Source of the DNA: Lytechinus pictus
Lineage: Eukaryota
Length of the DNA: 64,000 nucleotides
Reading direction: 5' to 3'
NCBI RefSeq assembly: GCF_037042905.1
Contig: NC_087245.1
Coordinates: 25,856,001 to 25,920,000 of the forward strand
Shown: positions 24,610 to 35,215 of the stretch, piece by piece
How the letters are laid out: every line of letters begins with the position of its first letter
Numbering within the stretch: the first letter of the stretch is position 1
Notes under the pieces: generated by a model
Told to the model about the DNA's origin: nothing
What the model saw: the letters and a program-made list of their open reading frames with translations, nothing else
Databases searched by the model: none
Program-made: the position numbers and the translations under genes

Positions 24610-27600
24610 CTAAAGATGAAAAGATACGACATAAATCGATAACCGTAATAATATAGTGTCTTACATGTTTCGATCTAACCTCGTTCCTTTTTTCATGTAT
24701 TTCTTCACACGTTATCTACAATCACAGAATTTGATTTAACTTTTATGCATCAATTCTTAATCATTGACCTACCTTCAGCCGTGACACCTTAGTATTTTAA
24801 TGTATTTTGAGACGGGATGAATTTAAATTACTCTTTAACGATGAGACAATCCTGCCTTGTGAAATAACTTCCGCGTTTCGATTGCTGTGAATTTGCAAAT
24901 TCTTAATCCAGCGTTTGTTTTTGTTTAAATCATTAATTTCATGTTATAAAATTTATGGTGATTGATATTCAAGACTGCAACAAAATTTTATCTTCATGAT
25001 GATCATGTAAACGGCATCAAACTTGGATGTCAAAATATCAATTTCAATTTTTCATCCATTTACGCTGCAGTAATGAAATAAAAATGAACTTTTACGCGGT
25101 TATACTTACCGCCGAAGATGATACCATTTGGTGCCAAAGACTATCATCAAGATGACCAAAGCTGCCATGAAAACTGATGAGGTTATAGTTCTAATTTCTA
25201 GAGGTAAAATAGATATTTAAATCCAATCTGAAATATACGATTGTTGCTTAGAATCTGGAAATAAGTGTATCGTAACCATGCAGTGGCGTAATGAGCCAAA
25301 AACTTTGAGGGACCCAGATAATGGCCTATTAGGCCAAATTAATTTTTGTAATGCGAGCGAGCAAAACTTTCAACAATTTTATCACAAAAATCCAATTTGT
25401 GATAGATTTTTTACATAATATTCTAAAAATAATATATTTCACCCTTCTCTTTTTCCTTTCCTCTTTTTCACTTTTCTTTTCATGGGCGTTATGGTTGCTT
25501 GATAGAAGGTGTCAGCATTAAATTCTATTAAAGGAGAATCCAGCCTTGGCCATAAAATGTTGTGTTGGGAAGGAGAAAAATAAATTAAACAGAATGGTGA
25601 AAATTTGAAAGAAATCGGACAAGCAATAAGAAAGTTATAGCTGTTTTAAACTTGAGATCGCTAATACTATATGTATATTTCAAATTGGCAACTGGGTATG
25701 TATATTATGACAAGGGACAAGGACAACTTTCCCATAGGCCATGTACTTTATTATCAGGGATTTGTGGTTTTCTCCTAAGTACCCATTCCCCTGGGGCAGT
25801 AATCTAAATATAACCCAGGTAGTATATTGTTTTATGTCCTCATGAAAGAAAAATATGATTTGAAATAAAACTTTTAGGAAAAATGACATTTTAGCTATAA
25901 TATGTATTGGAGTACATGGAAGAGTAGTCCTTGCCTTACATCACTATGACATCCCATATGCGGCCAATTTGAAGTCTCCATGGGTGTAGTGATTACCAAT
26001 ATTTACAACTTTTAAAAATTCATAACTTTCTTTTTTTTGTCCAATATTGTTCAAACTTTCACCTATCAACTTGTCTCATTTTTCTTTTCTTTATAAAAAC
26101 AAGTTTTTATTTGGGTTGGATTCCCCTTTAACAATAACCAGTTAATATAGCGAGGGTATGTAATCAATAACTGTAGGAGGATCAGAAATATTGTTAAGAG
26201 TTCAGATAGAATAGTATATTCCAAAAATCAGAACTAATTGTATTTTATATGGAAAGGTAATTCGCATTTGTTTTGCTATATATATTAATTATAATCGCTA
26301 GAGGGTATTCATTTGTCTCGCAATCTACTATGGTCAACAAGGAAATTCGTGATCACTCTCGCAAAAAGTATTCACTAGCTTTCTAGGAAATTCGTGATCA
26401 CTCTCGCAAAAAGTGTTCACTAACTTACAAGTTCACGAGCTTTCGAGTGCCGCTGCAACTCTTTATCAAGTGACGAAAATTATGTGTGTGTATTTGAGTT
26501 TTGTCAGACGTGTAGGTGTATCAATCAGATATGATTATTTACGTCTGGGACCGACGAAAATTATCTGATAACGTAGTCTATTTATACCAATCCCCATGAC
26601 CGTACGCACGAACGCGGGAACAATAGGTGGGCACTGATCCGTTGTGTGATTGGTCGGGCGTTTCACCAATCAGTGCGTCGGTGTACGGTGCGGCCGGTGA
26701 TCCGTATATGCAAATAAGCCTGAGGTATATGCAAATACGCCGCGAGTCGGCAATATGCAAATAAGACAAAATTGGCGGGCTCGCTAGTTTTCCGTGGGTG
26801 GGTGTTGACTAGCTGAGCGGTCCCTCGATCGGGGCCGGGAACGATCGGGTCGGCGTGCACTGCCAGGTAAGGGGGTATTGTGCTGTCGGATGGTTCGCAT
26901 CCAGAAATCGGGGATGTCGATCCCGCTGTCTCTGTTGAAGTAGTTAGGACAAAGACGTATACTAATAGCCTCCTTAATCCTGCGTGTATACCAATGTCTC
27001 TCTTTGGCAACGCAATGTACACCCTCCCAATCTGGGTGGTGACCAATAGTATCATGCATAGGCTCATTTGCCTATAACCTATCAAAGTACCTGGCGGACA
27101 TCCTGTCCCCTCTCACTTACTGCTCAGAACACACGGTTTCCAACTCCAGTGAATTCGCTGAATTCACATCGGAGCAGACAATTAACGAACAAGAATCCAT
27201 GATCTCTTTTGATGTAGTCTCCTTCTTCACTAACGTACCGATAGAGGGCGCATGCAGTACGGCCCTGCAACGCATGCAATCCGACCCTACATTAGCAGAA
27301 CGTACCACACTTATGCCTGAACAAATAGCCGAACTCCTGGAGTTCGTCCTCAGATCCACATATTTTCTGTACAGAGGCTCTTTCTATGAGCAAACAGAAG
27401 GAGCAGCAATGGGTAGCCCAGTCTCAGCGGTTGTGGCTAACCTATATATGGAAGGTTTTGAACAGAACGCCTTGCCCAAGTGTCCTTCCACATGCCGCCC
27501 TCGGGTGTGGAAGAGATATGTCGATGACACTTTCATAATTGTAAATAGTTCTGAAACAGACAGCCTACTCGCATGCATGAATAGCCAGCAACCGTCCATC

Positions 27601-30600
27601 CAGTTCACTCTGGAGACTGAGCGAGGGAAATTAGCATTCCTTGACACGCTAGTCCAAAGACACGACGGCGGGAAACTCTCCACCTCTGTCTACCGCAAGC
27701 CCACTCATACAGACCAATACATACCTTATGATTCCCACCACGACATATCGGTCAAGAAGGGTCTTGTTAAATGCCTGTTCGACAGAGCAGCACGTATTAT
27801 AACTCACCCATCTGAACTCCCGAAAGAAAGAGCACACATACGTGGCGCCTTATACAGCAACGGCTACCCACGCCGTTTTATCGAGAACACTTTCAAGAAG
27901 AAACATCCGCCAAGGGATCAGAAGGTTTTCAAGACTTGCACAGTCTTGCCATACATAGATGGTCTTTCACCACAACTCAAACGCCGATTAGAAGGTCACG
28001 GTATCCGAACGGTTTTCTGCTGTGCTACGAATCACGTTCATGCCCCTGGCCCCGCGATATTGCGTAGTATGCTTCGGGTGCTGAGCCTTGCGATTCTGCT
28101 TCCGGGTACCTGAAACTGGCGATCGACACACGCTCTTCCAGTGGTTAGATTTTCCGCAGTTGTTACATGTAGTGCCATAGGCTGGGCATGCCTCACGTGG
28201 ACTGCGTGCACGTTTGCCACCACAATTTGGACATTTGTTACCATGGTTACTGCTAGATGTAGTCCTTTGTCGAACTACATGTACATCTACTGATGTTGGC
28301 TACATGTTGGTCCGAACTTGGGCAAGCTGCGCCATATGCATCTGGGATGCTTCAAATGTCCTGCTTAGTTCGAGAACTTGTGTGAGACTGAGGGTCTTGC
28401 CTTTACCCAATATGTCCTTCTGGAGCTCTGGATACCTTGTACCCGCTATAAATTGCTCGATGATTCGATCCTGAAGTTCAGTCTCATCTCGAAACTCGCA
28501 ATCATACGCCTGTAGCTTGAGACGTGATACAAAGTCATCTGTACTTTCCCTCTCTTCTGCGTATACTTTTGGAGAAATAGTCTAGCCACACAAAAATTAG
28601 CTCTAGGTTTCAGCTGTGTCTCAAACTTCTCCCAAACAATAACTGGGTTCTTGCGATCATTACCCTCCAGTCCCCACGAGTTGTAGAGCTTGATGCCTGT
28701 TGCACCGGTGAAAAGGAGGATATGGTCCACCTGCTTACCCACATCAATGTTCTTGACTGAGAAAAAGAGCTCACACTGTTGATAAAAGAGCTTTATTGCG
28801 CTAGCCCTATCAGGGTCATCCCAATCCATACGGGGTGTATAATCACTCATTGTTAAATCAGCAGTCAATATCACCACCAATAATAATGCAAACGTCAAAG
28901 TCACTTTTTACTCACAGGAAAGTCTGCATGTGGGACTGTAGTGAAAAAGCACCAGTGGAATCCAATGACAGTCTGCTATGAAATTGTCTCCAAAAAACAG
29001 TTCACAAATTATTCAAAGTTCCTCATTTTGCTCAGCGGGTTCTTGAATTAGCTGCCACCATGTTATGTGGGTTAGTTTGACTCTGATATAGACTGAAATG
29101 ACGACACGGATTGAGAATTGATATACAGTTCAGGTCCAGCCAGTCTGGTTGTTAATGTGTGTATGGAGTGCCAATATCACTGTCTCAATATGTATATGTG
29201 GGTGTGAAATGAACATAACATAACATATGACACAGTCCGCAATAATGAACCTATTTAGTAATATTTATTATACTTACTTGTTTGAATTTGTGAAGATGGT
29301 GTACTGATATGCGGTAGACTTTTCCCCTGATCTTCAGATAAGAATACTAAACATTTTGAAGACAGATATAATTTCAAATGGAATAAGGTTGTTTTGAAAG
29401 TTACAACTGCAAGTCAATGATATTTTTAACATCATTAAGAATGCTATACCATAGCGGCACGAAATCTACACTTAAAATGCACCGTTATCAGAAGTTTGAA
29501 ATGGTCCTAGATGTAAATAGATTATGAACTTGCTGTCATTTCTTTTGATGGAGAATTTTGTATATATTTACATTAAATATTGGAAAGCTATTGTGTCTCT
29601 TGGTCAGAAAAATAGATATGATGTAAATAAGCTGTTCTATCATAAAGAAAAAGTCCCTTTATCATCTTTCCGAAGAAAGTTTTAATGAAATCTTTATCAT
29701 CCATTTTATTGTAAACGGTTTGTTGCTCAACAGCTATCCAAAATAAAAAGGCAGATCGTTTAAATTAGAAGTGGCTACTTAAACATTAATAATTGTAATT
29801 ATTATGCAAAAGTTCTCTGTCGAGCAGTTTCATGACACATGGGTTAAGACGTATGTCCAAAAGCAATGATACTCAGCATGATTTTTCCTCAAGAAGCGTA
29901 ACCCATTAACTGCAAAAATAAGAGCAAGATACATGACAAGGTTGCTCCTAAACTAATCAAATAAGTTTTGAGTACACATAAAATTAATCCACTTAACAGT
30001 GCTTGATTAAGCTTACCATCAAAATTAGTATTAATATATTTGAGCCCTTTAATGTACTTTGTTAAAATATTTTTTGGGCAGTTGTTCAAATGGTGTTTTT
30101 TTTAATCAATCAGTGATAGACTCACTCCTATGTAGTGTAGTTGCACTTCTGCCAAGTTATTTTATTGTTTTTAGTTGAAATTTAACACCACTTTTATGAA
30201 GAGAACTTCGCTTTTGTGTTTTCTTAGTTTGTTCATACCGAGGATTTTTCGGGTTTTTTTTTATCTGGGTTTCATTACTATATATTTAAGCGTTCTCTTA
30301 CTTGAATTCATTACCTTTCAAATACCATTTATCCACCAGCACCTCGGTTGAATTTGAATATAGTCACTGGTTTAATATTTTTCTATTAATTTGAAAAAGA
30401 AAAACATTATTAATAGTAAAGTATGACGAATACCTGTCGTAGATTTAGGTGGTGGATTCGATGAAACAAGTATTGGTTTAGTTGTTTCTTTACTTGCTGG
30501 TGATGGTGCAATTGTTCCTGTTCCATCTGATGTGTTATAAAAAATAAAACGTGTTGCTCATGTCAACAGAAATAATGGTTCTCACAAAACGTTTCTGAAA

Positions 30601-31183
30601 AATGAAATTTTTTATTTTATCTTGGGTGTGGGAGGAGGGATCATCGAAATCATTTGTGTGAAGAAATATTTAGCACAATAACAATCAGAAAGTCAAGGTG
30701 GTCATTAATTATAAAGTTGCGACTGTTAGTACGATTTATATTATTAAAAAAGAGAACACAGATGTATTACCATCTTAAACCACCCCTAATTTTCATCGAC
30801 TGGTGGACTTGCCATTGTACGAAAGCGATCAATCATGTTTTAATTTATTTGGTTCTTACATGTGACGAAGCATGCTTGATACAGGGAAGATAAAATTTGA
30901 TCAGATTCCATTTGAAATATTCCTCTCGTCCAAGAATTTAAAGACACAGGGCCTTGGCCACATCGGATATAATCAATTGAAATCCAATTTTGCTTAATAG
31001 TTCTTAGTCTCTTGCCCAGGATGCAAACTTTTTTTCACATATTATTTTAATATAATTACACTAATAATAATAATGATGATGATGATGATGATGATGATGA
31101 CAATGATGATGATGATGATGACAATGATAATGATAATGATGATGATGATGATAATGATAATGATGATGATGATGATGATGACA

Positions 31184-31226
<43 letters not shown>

Positions 31227-31327
31227 CAATGATAATGATGATGATGATGACAATGATGATGATGACAATGATAATGATAATGATGATGATGATGATAATG
31301 ATAATGATGATGATGATGATGATGACA

Positions 31328-31370
<43 letters not shown>

Positions 31371-31477
31371 CAATGATGATGATGATGATGACAATGATAA
31401 TGATGATGATGATGACAATGATAATGATAATGATGATGATGATGATAATGATAATGAGGATGATGATGATGATGACA

Positions 31478-31508
<31 letters not shown>

Positions 31509-34319
31509 CGATGATGATGATGATGATTGCTGGATTTTAAGCACTTTGTGCCTGAGGATACAAATCGTTGCTATTATTACCCCAGCTTGAGCTATGCTGC
31601 CATATAGGCGCTGAAGCATTCCAGAAAATTCTTCCTATCGGGTACCCATTCGACTCACCTGGGTTGAGTGCTGTGGGTACATTTCTTGCTGAAGGTAAAC
31701 ACGTCATGGCTAGAATAATAACTCTCTTTAAGACATCTTTTTACAACATTGTCTCTAGCAATTAAGGGGCAAAATGATTCCAAAACGATCCTTAAAATGA
31801 TTCCAGTATACTTCTTAGCATTCGTGTCTTCTATAAATATAAAAATGCTAACGTGATTTTTTAAAGCTAAAATTGACAATGCATTTTCAATTGGTATATA
31901 AAAAGGCTAAAGGATCAAAGCTATCAATATATCAGCTGAAGCATGATTCCCATATTTATATACATATTTTGTTGTATATCCACCTAATCATGGCAAGAGC
32001 AAATGAAATACACATTTGAGTTTATTTTCATCTTCCAAAGATTAATATTTTCAACATTTTTATCGTCAAACACTGCTCTGTAATGAATAAAGTCCGAAAA
32101 GAATAATATTGAAAATACTGTATATAAAGCGTTATTAACCTGGTTTCTTAGCAGCTCGTAGCTGGATCCAGAATCCTGATTTGGTTGTGCTAAAATCAGT
32201 GGTAAAGATCATGGTGATTGAATTGGTAGATGATATGAAGTCTCGTGATTCTAGGACCTCATTCTCCCATAATCCTGTCCAGTCTCGCCATTTTGATCCT
32301 TGATTTGAAAAGCTATCAACACCATCGCATATGTACACGTGGTCGTGCCCGGTTTCGACATCGAATGATCTTACAATAACATCAATGACGTAGCCTTCAT
32401 GGGTTCGGATATCCCATAGACGATAGTAGTTGTTTGGGTAGTTTGACGGGTTATTCATTGACCTGATCGATATCGTTCCACCTTCATTTACTTCAGTTAT
32501 ATCTGGTGGAAAATGGAAATAAGAGCATGACATTGATCAAAGTGAGGAAACATGTTGCACGTTTTTACTTTCTAGCTCAATGATATATCTAGAACAAATT
32601 ATCGTCAGCTTTCTAGACATTATTGTAAGGTATTTACAAAGATACAATATGTCTTTTAATCATCTATCTATATATGTTATGTTTATCGTCACAGACAATA
32701 CAGAATAACCAGCTATGACAAGACAATAAGACCTCTTTGGAGTTTGTAATAACTCGTTATAAATAGTCATATCAAAAATAGATTCAAATTGGTAAATCGT
32801 TATTTTTATTAAAGCAATGTACCCAATTGAAATTCAAAGCATTAGCAATTTAGCTTTGTAAAAAGTATGCAAATGATTACCGATTTATTTACCTGACATA
32901 TTGGTACACGAGACGGTTACATTGAAATTCAGTTTCCTTTGGATTCGGGAAAATGTAACACTTATCCATGCTGAATTGCTTACTGATGTCACAACACTTG
33001 GTGAATCTGACCCACTGAAGCTTGCTAACCCAGTGTAAGTTAATGGGTCCTCAAAAAGCACACCAGCTCCATCTTTTTCAGTCCCTTCACCGATGCTCAT
33101 GAAAACATAGCCGGCTTCAAAATCAAAATCTGAAGTGGAGAATCTAATTCTATGGCGAGAAGTTGTGTTGAAAATCAAAACGAAGTTTTCTTCAACGTTC
33201 CCGTCTATATCAACTGATGAAATATTGTACTGCTCATCGCCTGTAAGCCAAACATAAGCTATGAAAGAAGAATGAAATAATTGTGGATATTAAAACATTC
33301 CCTATACACATACTGTATCAAGAATGAATTTTGTAGGAATACAAATTGATAGAAATGCACAGTGCGATATGAAATCTTTCTCTTATGAGAATTTCATCAA
33401 TTCTCCTCTAACGTCGAAAATATATGTCTTTCATACAATATATTCTGTTCATCCCAGCCAATACCACATTTTTACATTCATACTTCTTCCCTTTAACCAA
33501 CATTTTATAGCTCTTTCACAAATGGAAACCGACACAGAATACTGCAGGATTATATGATATTAAAAACTGCATCAACAACGCAAAATACACGCAAACATAT
33601 TAGACGTTGCTGCACTATGATGTGTAATACGAACGAGCTTAGTTGTCAAAAGTCTATACATCGTTAATATAAACCTTTTCAATTATATGTTTTTATTGCT
33701 TTACTCAATGTTCTATCCGTAAGATAGACACGGAAGATTCGTAACAGGGAGCAATCAAGTATCAATGTATTTGAACGCTATACACTCTTAAAATGTTGGG
33801 CATCATACTGTCCACACAACAATGGGTTTTAAAAAATATCCAACTCTGGGTAGTTTTTAACCAACACTGTGTAATTTTCACCCAAAGCACACATTATTGG
33901 TTTAAAACTACCCAGAATTTGATAAAGTTTTAACCAATTGTGGACAGTATGTTACCCAACATTTTTAAGAGTGTAGAAGGGAAATAAGAAATTCATAAAT
34001 TTCGCGGTGACATAGCGAATGGGGTAAATTAACGTGCAATACTAGTCTATTAAGTAATCTTCAATAATCAGATTTAGTTTGGTATGCCTAAAATGGATAT
34101 ATTACTCTTCCTTCGCAATGTTTATTAAATAGCATGTCTTTCGCACGAGGCAAACTTCCGACTATGTAAAACATACCAAGTTCTTTTATTATTTTTATTA
34201 GGAATTCAGGAGGTATACTTATTATTGTACTTACATGACCCTGCGCCACACATTTTAAGGAGAAGTATAAGACCCCAAAAACAATAGTTGCAAAAACTAA
34301 TTCCACGGACAGAAATCAT
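23892..34319 (-). CDS. Gene 1: type I membrane protein, signal peptide + 2 CUB-like domains + S/T/P stalk + TM + ~245-aa Tyr-containing tail (7 coding exons, 588 aa)
   Basis: Exons 34319-34235, 33258-32893, 32502-32140, 30526-30434, 29331-29278, 25197-25110, 24609-23892; all GT-AG, phases 1,1,1,1,1,2; 1767 nt with no internal stop. Confidence 0.8.
25110..25197 (-). CDS. Gene 1 transmembrane exon
   Basis: tacctctag|...|gtaagt; KIRTITSSVFMAALVILMIVFGTKWYHLRR; phase 1 to phase 2, matching the last exon. Confidence 0.8.
25281..25485. mobile_element. hAT-type MITE fragment
   Basis: Begins cagtggcgtaatgagcc; reverse complement resembles ~11120-11320. Confidence 0.55.
25532..26127. mobile_element. 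Kolobok-type MITE, family K2
   Basis: TTAA at 25528-25531 and 26128-26131; TIRs aggagaatccagcc / ggttggattcccct with degenerate longer arms. Confidence 0.8.
26341..27044 (-). mobile_element. Penelope-like element, 3' segment: GIY-YIG C-terminal part, 3' region and hammerhead-like motif
   Basis: Minus frame GHHPDWEGVHCVAKERHWYTRRIKEAISIRLCPNYFNRDSG matches the PLE endonuclease C-terminus; terminal 45-bp tandem duplication at 26341-26425. Confidence 0.8.
26436..26475 (-). ncRNA. Atypical minimal hammerhead-ribozyme-like motif of a Penelope terminal repeat
   Basis: Minus strand cTTGATAAa-GAGT-tgcagcggc-ACTC-GAAAgc: stem II and GAAA present, core deviates from CUGANGA. Confidence 0.45.
27041..28017 (+). 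mobile_element. Penelope-like element reverse transcriptase segment (uninterrupted frame, inverted relative to its 3' end)
   Basis: Open frame from PIVSCIGSFAYNLSKYL through SFDVVSFFTNVP, QTEGAAMGSPVS, RYVDDTF, FLD, VYRKPTHTDQY to GIRTVF. Confidence 0.9.
28018..29232 (-). mobile_element. Gypsy-type (Mag-like) LTR retrotransposon remnant: 5' LTR, PBS and degenerate gag
   Basis: LTR 29232-29061 (TGTCAT...ATAACA); PBS TGGTGGCAGC (29060-29051, complementary to a tRNA-Leu 3' end); gag MSDYTPRMDW...VWEKFE, frameshift near 28548, ESTDDFVSRL..., an in-frame stop, then CPNCGG...CPAYGTTCNNCGKSNHWKSVC zinc knuckles. Confidence 0.85.
29278..29331 (-). CDS. Gene 1 stalk exon 2
   Basis: ttatctgaag|...|gtaagt; 54 nt, DQGKSLPHISTPSSQIQT; phase 1-1. 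Confidence 0.65.
30434..30526 (-). CDS. Gene 1 stalk exon 1 (Pro/Ser/Thr-rich)
   Basis: acacatcag|...|gtattc; 93 nt, DGTGTIAPSPASKETTKPILVSSNPPPKSTT; phase 1-1. Confidence 0.7.
31065..31526. repeat. (GAT)n microsatellite with GAC/AAT variant units
   Basis: ~460 bp of gat triplets with recurring gacaat and gataat interruptions. Confidence 0.95.
31527..31720 (-). mobile_element. 5'-truncated SINE-like element whose 3' tail runs into the microsatellite
   Basis: Minus strand contains caacccaggtgagtcgaatgggtacc (resembles a conserved SINE central motif) and ends cacaaagtgcttaaaatccagc-aatcatcatc, like LINE-derived tails ending in short repeats. Confidence 0.55.
32140..32502 (-). CDS. Gene 1 CUB domain 2 exon
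   Basis: SMNNPSNYPNNYYRLWDI...FDVETGHDHVYICDG...SSTNSITMIFTTDFSTTKSGFWIQL follows the CUB consensus; 363 nt, phase 1-1. Confidence 0.9.
32893..33258 (-). CDS. Gene 1 divergent CUB-like domain 1 exon
   Basis: ttctttcatag|...|gtaaat; 366 nt, phase 1-1; RIRFSTSDFDFEAGYVFMSIGEG...SFSGSDSPSVVTSVSNSAWISVTF. Confidence 0.85.
33783..33973. mobile_element. 191-bp palindromic EnSpm/CACTA-type MITE (also at 49571-49761 and 59401-59591)
   Basis: TA|cactcttaaaa ... ttttaagagtg|TA with paired internal arms; present in intron 1 of all three paralogues. Confidence 0.8.
34235..34319 (-). CDS. Gene 1 signal-peptide exon
   Basis: gccATG context; MISVRGISFCNYCFWGLILLLKMCGAGS then gtaagt donor, phase 1; conserved in all three copies. 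Confidence 0.8.
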
Positions 34320-34779
34320 GGCTAACAACTCTGCCAGGCAATGTTTCCTAAATGACAATAGATACGGGGCTAAAACCTAAACATCAAGCTGGTTCTTGAT
34401 ATCCTGGTGAATAACAGAAGCGAGTGACGCAATATCTTTCGCTTTCATACATGATTGTCAAGCAAGTAATTATACCAGTATACTCTTACACAAGCAATTA
34501 TACCAGTACACGTTGTTATATTTAGTCTGAAGTAAGGTGGAAAGTGAGGAACGCAAAACAGATTGCCCTAAACTGATAGTTGACATTATTTTTAATATCA
34601 CCAACATCATTATTACTCTATACTATTACTAGTATCATTACTGTTGCAGTTTTTATTCTTAGTAACCGTCGCATCGTATCCAAACGTCATCACCTTGCCG
34701 AATGTTTTAGTATATTAGCACTTACACAGTGACGGACTTAACTAGCTTTGCTATTGACAGTTTCTGAAGGGTTAGCGTG

Positions 34780-35215
34780 TTCTCTCTTACCAAGACCTAA
34801 CTCTGAACATGGTTATATTATTTATGAAGGAGTATAGAATCCATCACTTAACAGACTTTGTTTAATTTTCCAAAAATTGAAAAAAGCTCCTTTTTTTCCC
34901 TGTCAGAGAAGGAGAACAAGTGAAAGAAAATCACGTGATAAGAAGAAGTTTGCTATTTTTTTCTCGCCACCAAAAACAGTCACGTTTAATGTTTAGGGAT
35001 AGCGAGAATACACACGCTGTCTAATGATGGCGCACTTCCTTGTTGTTAAATTCCGTACAGACCAGCTTTTGAATATGTTTTTTTTTCATCGAAGTAGCAT
35101 TTAAGCCAGGAAGCACCCATCACCTCAGGGAAACGATTTACCATCCTGACACCCTCTCTCTAAAGATAAATCAGCTACTGAACAATCAATAACAACGATT
35201 CACTTCCGGAATGTA
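34780..35215 (-). promoter_or_regulatory. Candidate 5' non-coding exon / promoter region (paralogous at ~50570-51005 and ~61430-62155)
   Basis: Minus-strand donor-like g|gtaaga near 34790 and acceptor tttag just upstream of the ATG in all copies; YY1-like gatggcg (~35026) and Ets-like cacttccgga (35201-35210) retained in the diverged copy C. Motif matches only. Confidence 0.3.

Noticed and set aside
27045..27059. MHDTI start of the 26784-27059 ORF as part of the endonuclease
   Set aside because: These bases are the antisense of the RT motif PIVSCIG across the inversion junction.
30315..30382. Possible extra stalk exon in gene 1
   Set aside because: AG/GT-bounded but has stops in all three frames.
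31056..31619. Poly-Ser (187 aa) and poly-Met (155 aa) ORFs
   Set aside because: Translations of the (GAT)n microsatellite.
34088..34306. ORF MELVFATIVFG... (and paralogues 49876-50094, 59706-59924) as the signal peptide
   Set aside because: Starts at GTG and would end in phase 0 at the donor; the ATG at 34319 in another frame splices in phase with CUB1.
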